Positions 1 through 18,851 of a stretch of 64,000 nt of DNA are shown here, one piece after another. This stretch comes from Trichoplax adhaerens. Its lineage: Eukaryota > Animalia > Placozoa. The notes under the pieces were generated by a model. That model saw only the letters and a list, made by a program, of their open reading frames with translations. It did not search any database and was not told the DNA's origin. The translations under genes and the position numbers were made by a program. The stretch is from the NCBI RefSeq assembly GCF_000150275.1, contig NW_002060945.1, positions 9,564,011-9,628,010 of the forward strand, read 5' to 3'. Position 1 is the first letter of the stretch. Each line of letters begins with the position of its first letter.

Positions 1-16
1 AATTAGGTATAATTAC

Positions 17-3000
17 TTTTTATTAGGGGTTTCGGCGAAACATTTCAACGATGAAGTCTCAACGACGGTTTCACAAAACGTAACAACAGGATCGGCAACC
101 TTGATGTCTTCATAAAATGAGTATTGATAAATTATAAATATTTGACTTTTAATATTTCTATTAAATTCATCTTTACTAGGCACAGTTGTAATCATACCAA
201 TTTCAGAATACATCTTTCTTAAATCATGCATAACGCAGTCCAAATATAATTCTCCAGTACCCAAAACGACATGCTCACCCGATTCTTCAACCTTGAAAAT
301 AGTTAAAATAAGCTTATAGAAAAGCTGTTGTACAATTTAGATATACATAAATGGCTGCTTTTGCAGTAAGTCATATGTTTGTTATCGCAAGACAGAATTA
401 TTTGATGAAATCCAATTTCCTATTGTAACGGTATACTACAACACACCTTGGTTACAAGTAAAGGATAGGTTTTATTCACTTTACGCAAACCGTTGACCAT
501 TTTCGGTAATTCTGATGGGTTATGTGGCTCAACAGCAATTTTAACCGATGAAATCGTATTAAATTTCAAAGGCCTAAAGATATATGCCTATTATTTTGAT
601 TAAGAAAGAAAGGAGTCATATTTTCTTGTCAATGTTAAAGTGACTCATGGACTACTTACTAAAGGAAGAAGTCTAATGATAATCTATACAATCCATATCA
701 TAGTAGTTGCAAACCTCATCATTTCCAGAAACATTAGTAATTGTAGCCGTCTTAATAATAGATTCATCAATGCCCTCAATTAAGACCCAATTGCCAGCAG
801 GAATTCGATTCACTTCAATTCGATATCTTTATAAATTATTAAAATGATGTCAATAATGGTAATTTAGAACCGTTTAGGCTAAATGTTCTCATCTACCTTG
901 CCTCGGAGATCCATAATCTTCCAACCTAAATGTAAAAAAGTATTTGTAATCCTTTGTGTACACAATAAGTGCTTATAGTAATTCTAGAGATAATCACACT
1001 TTACAGCATGAGGAGCTAGATATATCAAACCTCTCCAATACGTGAATCTTCTTCATCTTCTAATGTATAATTTTCACCCATTATTTTAACTTGTTGTCTT
1101 GAATAAACTAATATCAACGAAGTAATACTTTAATAAAACAAAATATTATAGTAAATAATTTACAGTATCATACTTGTGCCACTCATCACACGTCCAAAAA
1201 CATGAAAACTTGTAGCATCCTGGGTAGGATATTGTTTTGTCACATAAACCATAAGGGGTCCCTAATGATATCCAGGAACAAATTATTAAATTTTGTATTC
1301 ATACCGAACCGTTAGCTTAGATGCAGATTAATAAAACAATACCTCAGAATCACAGCTTAGCATTGATTCACCAACTTCAGTTTTTATAGGACCGCTATAT
1401 ACATGCTTTATCTGTTACCATTACAAATGATAAATAAAAGTCGCCAATCAAAAGCTGATTATACGGACATTTACAACACAAAATAATAGTAACTATTGTA
1501 CAAGACTACAACAATAAATATTACTATGTAAATAAAATAGATGCTATCAACTGACCTTTCTTTCTGCACCTTGTGCCGGTGAAGGTACATGTTCTACGCA
1601 CATATCAACGAATCCTAAACAATGGATGTTACGTTCAGACGCAGTTAAGATATTAGGTTCTTTATTTCTCAACTATGCGAGATTATTAAATTAAACAATT
1701 TACCTGAATGATTTCCGAAGAACTTCCTACAAACTAGGCGTAATAAGGGTCTAATGTCTAACTGCATCTCTTCTCTTTTTAGTGAAATACCTGTTACCGT
1801 TTAAATTCGATATTGTAAATCCAGAGCGATTACAGGTATGCTAATCGATTGCTAGCACGACAGACAACACATTTCAAATTCTTAATAACTACTTTACCAA
1901 GTTCATTAAGTAGATTTGGTAATGTCGTATCCACATCGCCGACAATCTGACGGAAACATAATGTTATGTTTATTTCCACATTGCCATTAACTTATGAATT
2001 AAATAAAAAAATACTCCAACCTGGGAAAACAACTTGTATAGTGGTTCCAATATGAATTCGACAAAACTCCTTTGGGACGTGCTAACTAAAGGTTTTCTTG
2101 TAAACTTTCTCCTAATAAGGAATAGAACGATAATGTAAAAATTTACGTAATAATCATTTTTCGAACAAGCATAACGGTATTACATACGCGTATACTTACG
2201 TCTTAGAATTAAAGTACATATCTCCCCAAAGTTTCTTAGCAAAGTCATCAGGTGAAATATTGACACCTTCGCATGAAAGCAACTATTTAAATGAGCTCTT
2301 AATTATGTATAATAAATTGAGATTTTTTACCTACCATAACCATCGACGTAACTTTTAGCAAAGGATCGAAGCGTGAACGAAAATCTGAACAACGAACTTG
2401 CAAAGCAAACATTTCCCAACAACGGAGAAATAGCACATTCCTCTTCTTCTGAAAACGTACTTTTTAATAAAATCGTAAGTGGACCATTAGTTATTTTGTT
2501 AACGAGACTTTTCTAATTAACGCATACTACTAACCTAATTATGCTATTGAGGTCGTCAATTATATGCTTAAGTTTGAAGTAAGCATCAGCTGGAGGTAGT
2601 TTTAGTTCTAAAATTAGTCGGTCGATTTTATTTATGCAGATAGTAACAGCTAACTGTTCCTGAATCGCATGCTTTAAAAGTCTTTCAGTATTCGCCATAA
2701 CTCCTTCTGAAGCGTCAATGACTAGAACCACTCCATCTGATAATCTGTATGCCGCACTAACTTCATCTGAGAAATTTACATGGCCTAATATCAAAGTAAA
2801 ATAAAAGCGGATTTTACTTTGTTAATCCTAATACAGCTACTATATAGTTGAAGTATAATTTTATTTCGTAAAACCTGGAGTATCGAAAATGTTCATGATG
2901 AAAGATTTATCTCGTGTATTAGGCATTATCAAGGATAACGGAGAATTCTTAATACTAATGCCTCTCTAAAACGAAATTTTTAATATAAGAATGGACAAAA

Positions 3001-5996
3001 TAAAGAAACTCACTCATTACGAATAAATTAATTATGATTACTAAAAAAAGCTATCAACAAATGATTAATTAATTGTAAATATTATTAACGCCTTACCTCC
3101 TGTTCAGTGAATAAAATATCAGGATACCGCAACTAAAGTAGAAATAGTTCATTAATTAATATAATGAAGCATGATTATGGTGATTTGAAGGATTATCTTT
3201 AAGCTATTCATTAAGACATCACTTAGCATCTTTACTAACATCTTTACAATCTTCTATTCTTATCTTTGGATGGGTTTGTTCAACGAAACAATCTACTAAC
3301 GATGTCTGCAACATACACCAATTTAGCACTTGAGTATAATTTAGTTTATTTATACGGCAAGAGAAAGTAAATCATAAAAATTGAAATTATTGTCTACCCA
3401 ACCTTGCCATGAGCAAGATGGCCAGCAATTGTAACATTTCGAACCAAATCAGGATTATCTAAAATATCTGCTAGGTATCTAGTGCGGAAAGTATCAAACA
3501 GAAAAACGTTAAGGTATCGGTAAAATATGAACTGTAAAAAAAATTGCCCTACTTCAATATGAGCATGCTACATTATAGCTCCAATCTTGGGATACTTACT
3601 CGATGTTGTACTCAGTTTCAGGTAATTCATCCTCAGTAAAGGTGAATTTTTTAGTCTTTACTGGCTGTACGATAGGCTCTAATACAAGATACAATTATAA
3701 TGATAGATATTATATATATACATAACGTTGTTCATACAATTTCAAATCAATATCTTATGCGCATGAAGAATTCTAATGAACACGACTAGAGAAGGTTATG
3801 TATTGGCAGTTATCTAACCGGTTAAAGGTTGTGTATCTTCCTCTTGAACGACAGTCTATAGCAATGAAGACAAAATTTAATTAACGGCATTATAAACGAT
3901 TTCATTAAAGTAATTTGATGCTAATTTTGATTAAGGAGTCTTAAAGTAGGACAAACTAAATATATTAATGATTTTAAACTAGCCTATAAATCTATATATA
4001 ACTCCGATTTTTCTTTATCAATCTTCAATACAATATACACTATCTTCTTAAAGCTAGCATAACAGTTACATCATTGACTAGACTTTGAATAATCTATTTC
4101 AGCTAAGGTCTGATAGTCTTAATGTATTTGGACAATACATTACAAATTTAATGATACGCAAATGTTGTACAAAAAACTCAGCAGTACCTCAACTCCAGGA
4201 CCATAAACCTCCATTGCAGTGGGATAATATTTCTTATCCTAATAATAAAAGTGAATATTGAGTGCTCTATTTAAGCTATAATTAAGTAAAATGATAATAC
4301 GTGTAATTCTACAAGATTATCATTTCTATCGTACTATCAACACTAATATGTTTATATTCAAAACATGATTTTAGTCTCGATTAAAGAACTAGTTAAATGA
4401 AATGATAATACATGTAATCGTATGATACTGTTGCTTTCTATGATGCTCATAATATAACGTATTCCAAAAATGATTCAGTCTATATCTAAGATAGAGTTAG
4501 GTATTGATAACAGGTATAAATTCTATTTTATGGTAGCTTTCTATCATACTCATAAGACAAATATTCCGTATTTTATTAAAGCATAATTTAATGTAACGAT
4601 CATCCTAAAAGGAGCAATCTGCCAAATGAGTAAGCATTGGACACAAAAATCTTCCTGAAAGAGTAGAAACTAAGAGTATTAGCGTTATAAAATTACCTCA
4701 TGCAATACTACAGCGGTCTCTATTTGCGGTCCGTCTTCCATATCTTCATCGCCTACATCATCCTGCAATTGATAAGGAAATGCTGTTATTCCTTCATTAA
4801 TTTAAAATAGGCTTGACTATTTTTACATTCATTTGAGTAGTAAAAAAAACTATCATTTCAAACTGTCCATAGACTACGGATTGAGTTTAATTTTTGCACA
4901 CATTGGTAGTAGTCGAAATGAGTGTAGTATCCTACACCAGCCATTCTACCCGTTTCCAGAACAGGAGCTAGTACTACCGTTGCCTAATCATAAAATGATT
5001 GTTAAATACTGAAGTATATTAGCGACAATCCCTCCATGAAATTAGTCCCATACCGTCTATGGCGAAATAGCGTAATGTTCCTATGGGTAATTGGTTGCAC
5101 AGCACATCTAACTGCCATTACTGTATTCAGTTCAACTCCAATCTATGTTTAGATTGGAATGGCATGGCAAAAGAATTGCATAACCATGGTGATCCCTAGA
5201 TCGCAATGTACTGTATTCAACTTTGCATCAGCTTGGTAATACATGTACGCGTATCTCGTATCGTATTCAAATTAACAGTAAATATCAATTTAACGCCTAG
5301 TATTGATCGATTTGATCTTCAATTGGACTATTTTGGATCCTAGTAGTCATGATGGAAAGGAGATTTTCTTTGAAGAGCGCGAGGTAAGTGGTTGGTATTT
5401 CTTGACTAGTGTAGTGCAGCACGTATTGTTAGTAGTGTTTGTCTGCATGTTACACGTGCAACACCCAATCGTTGACTAGACTGTATGGATGAGTAATGAC
5501 ATGAAGCACTAAGCGGTAGCATGAAGATGTGAACTCTTGTAGCATAGTCTGGGCTAGTAGTTGCCTTCAGATTTTACACTAGTTGCTGTCCAACTGAATA
5601 ATGAGCACAGACTGGATTGAAATTTACACAACTATCAAAAGGCAAAGGTTGATGTCTTGTCTGTAGCTATTCGTTTCAGTACTGGCTTTACATGTGATAT
5701 CAATTTGAAAATCAAGTCGTCATAAAAGTGGAATAACAGCAAGACTTTATTTCCAAAATAAAGTATGCATGATACTATTAATGTGGCTATGACAGAGCGA
5801 TATGGTTATGTCGGAAATTTTGCCTTGACCATTGAATTAATTCATTATTAGTAGTAGTCGATTGGAGGCTATCTCTTACCATTTCGGCGTCAGCGTCTTC
5901 AAGCATCTCATCTTGTTCATCTTCTTCTTCACTTTCTTCACTTTCCAACTCCGGGCCGATATAATTACCAAACTCATCATATAGATTTGCATCCAT
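17..5996 (-). CDS. EFTUD2: U5 snRNP 116 kDa GTPase (Snu114/EFTUD2), multi-exon, 5' part; gene continues off the left edge
   Basis: Exons with GT-AG junctions: 5996-5880 [17 protein letters not shown]+acidic tract; 4762-4697 ..AVVLHE; 4238-4188 [17 protein letters not shown]; then [13 protein letters not shown]1 GHLAHGKT, ERGISIK, G3 [78 protein letters not shown]. These are diagnostic Snu114 motifs. Confidence 0.97.
4867..5062. mobile_element. Possible degraded MITE (~196 bp) in EFTUD2 intron 1
   Basis: Bounded by an 8-bp perfect inverted repeat CCATAGAC...GTCTATGG, similar to the ends of the 6660-7053 element. No TSD seen. Confidence 0.35.
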
Positions 5997-6159
5997 GGTG
6001 CCGATGTACTATAATCGTTTTGCAATGCCTTTACAGATTATTAGTGTATAATGAATGTAAAATTTGGTGCCGCTAGTGTCGATAATTGCTGCAGTCAAAG
6101 AGAAAAAGTGCAGAAGAATCTTGGACAGTCGCCAGTAGCGCGCGATCTCACAGTGTGCA

Positions 6160-6655
6160 GTGAATTTACCGTGCGTCCACTTCAGTCTACGGTGACTGAC
6201 TGACAGTGCTGTATGGTACATAGACGTGGAGTAAAACAAAGCTTCTTCTTTTACTCTACCAGTGTCAGACTATGGTCAGACAGACGGTTCTCCATCAGAA
6301 TGGCACAGTCGCGTCAAGGTAACTGCGCAAGTGCAAATGGAGCAACGTTTACTGTACAGTGTACAGTACAGTACGCACGAGTACAATGTACTGTACACTG
6401 TACAGTAAGTCTGATTGTTTTCCATGGCGCCCTTTCGTTCCAAATCAAAGTTGGATTCCGTTGAAATTCCTGTATCATATTGATATATATATACCCGTAT
6501 ATCAGGCTACAATTACATATAGCATTGATCTAGTTTGGGCCCGATTGAACTTACACAATTATATCTTTTCAGGGGTGCCATCGAAGTCTATCAGACGCTG
6601 CACAGTATGTACGTAAACAGTCCACAACAGTATACTGTACTGTACACTGAGTACG
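6160..6655. promoter_or_regulatory. Putative bidirectional promoter of EFTUD2 and the grancalcin-like gene, with a TACAG/CTGTA cluster
   Basis: Lies between divergent ATGs (5996 - and 7148 +). Locally GC-richer, with dense actgtacagt/gtacagtac repeats at 6350-6410 and 6625-6650 and a TGACTGACAG motif at ~6197. Confidence 0.55.
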
Positions 6656-6659
6656 TTAG

Positions 6660-7053
6660 CCATGGACTACTAGTAGAAGACCTGGATTGATCTCTCTCTC
6701 TTGGACGGACAGACATTCGTCGGCCTCATCTCGTCCAAATATTGTACCAAACACTTCGTTATGGCGTACTTGAATTAGTAAGTATGCATGATGCAGTTGG
6801 TCCATTTTGAATGGACCAATGTTTCCTCAATGAAGTAATATTGCATTAAATCTGACTATCGGTTACCCATTTCTGCTTCAAAACAGTTATAGAAGATCGT
6901 AGACGCTATTGAAATTAATACCGTGATTTATAAACTGGACACGGAAGATCCAAACTAAGGAATCATTGATTGATGTTAACGGTCTCATTGGGTAGGAAAA
7001 GTCCGTCTCTCCGAAGGAGTGATCAATCCAAATCTTCTTCTAGTAGTCCATGG
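6660..7053. mobile_element. MITE-like non-autonomous element (~394 bp) with terminal inverted repeats
   Basis: Left end CCATGGACTACTAGTAGAAGACCTGGATTGATC; reverse complement of the right end CCATGGACTACTAGAAGAAGATTTGGATTGATC (30/33 identical, weaker similarity to ~55 bp). Interior non-coding. No clear TSD, superfamily unassigned. Confidence 0.8.
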
Positions 7054-7147
7054 TATAGTACAGTAATTGAACTCGGTCAATCATTACACCAAAATTTCTT
7101 GCAAGAAATCTTTTCCTAACTCCAATCCACATCCATTTTTTCTCAGT

Positions 7148-10100
7148 ATGGCTTATCCTGGTTATGGTGTAAGTTTCATATTTGATGATCCCTTTCATGA
7201 CTGAAAATCACCGCTGTCATTCATTTCTCAACTTCATTAGACCTTATCTATAGGCAAGGTCTATGATGTTGGTTTGCTTATTTATTAATTAATGATCATC
7301 ATTTTTTTTTTTTTTTTCTGCTGGTATCATCATCATTATTATTCACCTTTGATTATTATTTTTTCATGATTATTTCCCTTAACCAACAATGTAGTTAGTT
7401 GGATAGATCTCGTGAGTAGTTTATTTCAATTCGGCCCAAGTATACTGTCAGATCAATCGATGACAAAGCCAGCATAGATGAACGCCAAATAAGCCATCAA
7501 AATTGATATCATCGATCGAAAATCGCAATACGTATACAGTACAATACACTAGATAAAGTAAAAAGTAAAAGTAAAGATAGATAATCTTGGAGAATGCTCG
7601 TCTCATCATATTGGATCAAAATCATTTTCCATGTGCTCGATATCGTTCTACTACTGTATGTGTGCACTACTTTGAAGTCGGCATTGGACTTGACTAGGTC
7701 GGCTCAATGCTTACCGTTCTACCCATGAAATGATAATAATTATTATTGTAAATTACAAATTGTTGTTGCTTGTAAGATGTACGATAACAACTGCCAAAGA
7801 TGTATTCGCTATCCCGCTGTGCGGTATTGGATAGGGCAGTCTTTGCATGGATCAAAATCCTTTTCCATGCAGTATTCATTTCCTATTATTTGAAATGATC
7901 ATGTATTCTACAGTAGAAAATATCAGTATTCTATTTTTTATGGCCTAACTTAATATGTAGCAAAAATAGTCAGTTCTTCCATGCTGGCACTGCCTTTTCA
8001 TTAGTTCAAAATGATAACCTGCTCAGGTCACGAGCATTCTACAGTAGAAGAGATTATTTTTTATTTTTCATGGCTTAATTTAATGTGTAGCAAAAACAGT
8101 CAGTTCCTTGATGTTGACGTTGACTTTTCATCATTCGTTTCAAAATAGCAACCACCTCAAGGCTATAATCCTGCTGGAGGTTATGCAGCTTATCCTGGCG
8201 CTCAACCTGCTGGTCAGCCTGTTTCAGTCTCAACCTGTTATCCAGCTGCTGCCCCAGTAAGTTTATTCGACACTAATATAAATATCATTATATTCCAATG
8301 AAGTAATTTGTGCTAATAAGTTGCAGGCCTGCTGCATTCGAAATTTGTCCAATTTTAAACTGCTTTTGTACTTTTAATCTCTTCTTTCACTCGTTCCCTA
8401 TGTTAGGCATGACTCTAGATACTAGTTATATTATTAACGTTATTCATCAGTGCTGTATAACAAATTGTGCATGAATGTCTATTTGTAAGTAGTAATGATG
8501 TATCTATATGCAATGCTATAAGTGAGATGTTAAAACTTCATACGTGAAAAAAACTGATTGGCGTTATCTGCTAGTTTTAATCTTACTGCACTCTGTACTG
8601 TTGGTTACTACAGTATATGGACTAACACACCATTCGACAGTAGTAACAATACTCGTATACATACAGTAAATGAAACTGGACCTTCGTTAGGAGTTCTACA
8701 TGACATCGATACGAACAGCATTGCCAATGATATTGAAAATCGTAACTCTTACTGATTCCATCGTCACTTTTACTACAATACAGATCAAGCTAAATAATTT
8801 AATACAATGTATGCAACAGTCTACTAGGCCTAATTATATCCTATTATCATCGTACTAATACATTATGTGTTCGTTCCTTAATCTGTAACATACTTTAAGA
8901 TGTTCTTCAGAAATCGTTCATATTAAGGTGATGAAGGCGAACATCATTCTAATACCATGTCATCTCTGCTGTTTTATACTTTTAATACTATATATTATGA
9001 TTTGAAAAATGAAAAATAGGTAGTGTTATCCATGAAAATCGTTACTAAATGTTGGCATTACAATTTCACTAATTTTATCAGAATCGAGTTGCTACCAATA
9101 ATAGCCTACCACACAGTTGATCATATTTTTACAAATACAAATTTTAACACTGATTGATTAACCGCTATCAAAATATGTTATCGTGTGATCTTTTATGTTG
9201 ATTGTATTCAATTCCTCTCTGTATCCTTTGCGGTGCAACTTTGACTAGCACGTGAAGTTTTGCAGTGGTGAATCTTCTCTCTGACGAATCGTAATCAAAT
9301 ACTCTTTTATTTCAAAACTGCAGGGAGGCGTTGATCCTTTACATGGCTATTTCTCAGCCGTAGCTGGAAGTGTAAGTCTTACCCAGTTAGTATAGTTTAT
9401 TTGTATTCTAGTTGATTTGAAATTATTACCGCCTACTTACGATATATGAATTCAGTGATAAACATAGCAGCTCTACTGTGCTATACATGCAATGGATAGA
9501 TTTATTTTGTCGTTTTTTGAATATATTACTGGAGCTATGGCTGGCCCACATCTTTCTGTAAAGTTTGTAGGCTACACAAATTACAATATTATCATTTAAT
9601 TAAAAATAGATTTAAAATCTCAAAACCGTAATATTAAAATGGCTAACGCAGTAATTCATGATACTTGAAATAAATTACGTATTGCTTAATGATTGTAAAA
9701 TGGTAGTAGGATTGACCAATAGAACCATCATCTGGCAGGTAGTTATGCATTGAAATGCCCATTATCTACGTTACTAAACATTCTAGAGAGAATCTCTTGT
9801 CATCTCCTCTTGATTATATTATTACGGAATATAGTACATCAGTTTAAGATAATCTATTTATCAAAAATTATTAGCTGTAAATGAACAATTTTCGAACCAT
9901 CGACAATCAACTAACTCTCTTTCTTAAATATCAAAATAGGACATATAACTTAATTAAGGTACTTTTGAGCTTTCAAAGTAACTCAGCTCATAAAATAATG
10001 AACAATAATACCGAATCATCGCGCTATTACAAAATGATAACTGTTCTGTATAACGCTATATTCATTATTTTAAATTACATTCATAGTCTATACCAGGATT

Positions 10101-11785
10101 TTAGGATTAGTATTTTATTATTTCGCCAACGTCAATTAATTACATGGCATTGAGTATATAAGTAAAATGTTATCAAGAGTATTATGGTAATGTTGATACT
10201 AAACTAGTGGGATAAGGAATTAGATTGGATCTTATTTTACGCAGAACTCTCTGAATCACTCCATGTTACAATTACGTAGCTACGGTAGCTGACATAGTCT
10301 GTACATGCATTTGTTTTTGCAGGATCAACAAATAGATGCTCATGAGTTACAAAGATGTTTAACACAATCTGGAATTGCTGGTAATTACCAACGTAAGTGA
10401 TGTACACATTTCAGTGGAATAGTAACAATAACAAATAACCTTCAGAAATATAACGTTAAAAATGTAATATTTAACAGTGAATAGCAAATATGAGAAACAT
10501 CCTTAATTTTAATAGTAAAAGTTTTTAATAAATTTTAAATCTGTTGTACCCATAGAGTTCAGCCTCGACACTTGCAGGTTAGTCTTATGGATTAAAATTA
10601 TTAACCAATTTTTAAAAAATGAAAATATTAAACCATACATTGACGTTCAACTTTGTCTAAACTACTTGCGATACTGTATTATCATGTATGATTATGTGCT
10701 CTGTTAAGCTAATAATGCAAGTAGTTGCATATAGTACAGTACATATGCGTTATGATTATCACTATACAATATCTTAATGTATGATATTATTAATCAACTA
10801 ATACGCCGTTTTTTGGTTTTAGGATAATGATTGCAATGCTCGACGTATCCGAGTTCGATATTTTATGACAATGCTGTTTGTTTATAATACTAAATTTAAT
10901 GTGGCACTTTACTAAAGTCTATATAAGTAGTATTAGCTTTAAAATAATACACAAACGACTTGAATACTACCCTATGAAATATTGTCGATATTTTCAATCT
11001 TAATTCATAATCAGTACGACTACAGTGGAAAGATGGGATTCCAAGAATTTAAACAATTATGGGGATGTCTAAGTCAATGGAAAGTTAGTCTTATTTTATA
11101 ATATTTTCCTCCGTAGCTGATAATAAGTTTATCATCGATCAAAGTTTAATGGTCTTAAGTAACCTTAATTTAATATAATATTTTTCCGAATAGACTACAT
11201 TCCTTCAATACGACAGCGATCGATCTGGAACTTGTGAACCTCACGAACTTTATGCGGCTATAGCGAGTTTCGGATACCGCTTGAGTCCTCAAGCCTTGAA
11301 TATAATGGTAAAGCGTTATTCGGATAATGGAAGAATTGCCTTTGACAATTTCATAAGTTGCATTACTCGGCTGAAAACGCTGACAGGTTAAAGAATAAGT
11401 AGCACGCTTATTCGATTACTTATACTTATAATATCAGTTTGTTGAATGAACCTCATATTGTAAAATGTAATTGTACACAGTATGTGTATTATTGTTAATA
11501 TTAAAACAAGAAGCATAGTCAATAACTATAAAATAATTCTACTCTAATCAAAATAGAGCGATTCCAACAACGTGACACTGCTAAAAATGGCATGGTGCAA
11601 TTTCATTATGACGATGTAAGGAGTGCAAAATTTCCTTCTTGTTAATTTTCAAATATTATTCTCTACCTAATCTTGTATTCGGCAGCTGTTCGATTCAATT
11701 ACACTAGTGCATGTGCTTCTACAATACTCTTATAATCGTGCAAATGATTTTCTTTCAGTTTATCCAGGTTAGCATGTTTGTCTGA
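7148..11785 (+). CDS. Penta-EF-hand Ca2+-binding protein, grancalcin/sorcin-like
   Basis: Exons 7148-7168 (MAYPGYG), 8149-8256 (G/P/Y-rich), 9324-9371, 10323-10392, 10556-10577, 10823-10844, 11015-11083, 11194-11386, 11557-11615, 11759-11785 join in frame: [74 protein letters not shown]. Very close to vertebrate GCA/SRI. Confidence 0.95.
7905..8165 (+). repeat. Diverged tandem duplication (period ~131 bp) covering the exon-2 acceptor
   Basis: attctacagtagaa...tagcaaaaa(t/c)agtcagttc...ttcaaaat occurs at 7905 and 8036. The second copy carries the functional AG (8147-8148); the first has atgataacc instead. Confidence 0.85.
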
Positions 11786-13403
11786 ACGTGGCACACAAAG
11801 AACCATTCCTGTAGACCTAGTTTGAAAGCGTTAGACTATAGGAAAACTGCTAAATGTCCAATTGTTTACATCTCTTTCTTGATCTAGATATTGATTAAAA
11901 AGTAATGAATGCAATAGCTGTTTTACGCATGTTAATGCATTAATTAACGATAGAACATAAAGTACAGTATTGCCACTTTTAATCCTTCAAATATACATTG
12001 CTGTATCCGACATAAAAATACACCTAATATGTTCACATAGAGAATTTCATCATCTCTTTCCATAGTACCACTTTTATTGCAATATTATATATGTCTTATA
12101 GTTTAGAAAAAATGACATGAATTTAATTAGTTCGTTTTATCAGTGTTTATTCCATTTGTGGAATAAAAAATTTATCACATTAATGTATAAAATCGTATAA
12201 AGCAATTATACTTTACTGCCACCCATACACATATGCAGTATCTACCATGGTAGAAATTCAAAATCAACTGATATCATTACCGTAAATAGCTCGTATGACT
12301 TCGTCACATCTACTACTATAGTAGTATTTCGTGTAAATAACGTCAATTATGGGCACTTATTACTACTAGTATTCTAGACTTATCATTGCGAGAGTACTCC
12401 TCATGCAGTATAATATTAAATATTACTACCCATAAATGCAGTTCTAAGTATTTATCGGTACAGCATCGTTTTGCAATCTTTTAATAATAATAGCAATCTC
12501 TATAGTGATACCACCCATACATCTCACTTGTAGGATTTGTGTTGTACTAATGTAATTTATAAACTCATAAGAGCATCCAATATCAATGTTTGCGGCTGAT
12601 TTCAATAGTTTATGCATGGTATCAATTTATCGCTCAACATTTTCTTTCATATATTAAATACCCGTAAAATTTTATTGCAACTGATCCATTAACTACGATA
12701 ACAAATTCAATTTTACAATTAAAAACGAGTACTAATAAATTCAGGCCTTTCAAACACATATTTCAAATAATTCAATATAACTTCATCACAGTTATATTGG
12801 AATGAATGTCGTTTGCTTAAAAACTACTCAAAAATAAATATAAAATAAGTTCGTAGAATATTTTAGAAAAATTTGCTTAAACGTATTCTATTTGTAAGTC
12901 GATTTCGTAGAGTAACTTTGAACAAATATATATCAAAGAGAAATGAATCTATACAACAATACATATAAAAACGATAGCAATCAATTAATTCTGCAAGTTT
13001 GAAACCTTAACAAGCGATTTTATCTAATCAGTATAAGAAATAACAAGTATTCCAAATTCGTGCTTTTATATAATTTAGTCTATCAATAATTCTTTGCCAG
13101 ATTTTCTCCATAAGTAAAGAATTAGTACATTTGCAAGAGGATAATGTATACACTGTATAAGTTCGAACTTTAAGAAGAACAATATCAATTTATCCACAGT
13201 AATAATTTTAATCCCATCCTATCGATCGGATGTAGTTATCATCTAATCACATTAACTGTAACCAAAAATGGTCTATGCTGAATAAATACACCATAAGTGA
13301 TATTTATAACTGCATTATATAAAGACATGAAAAATATAATTCGCTTTCATATAATTATATTGTCTAGAAAGTAACAGTTTACATTACAAGCTAATTGTAA
13401 AGC

Positions 13404-18851
<5,448 letters not shown>

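Noticed and set aside
6009-6616. Short ORFs in the EFTUD2/GCA promoter, similar to those at 33922 and 54737-55485
   Set aside because: The TVQY/CTV-rich translations derive from TACAG repeats; no splice structure or homology.
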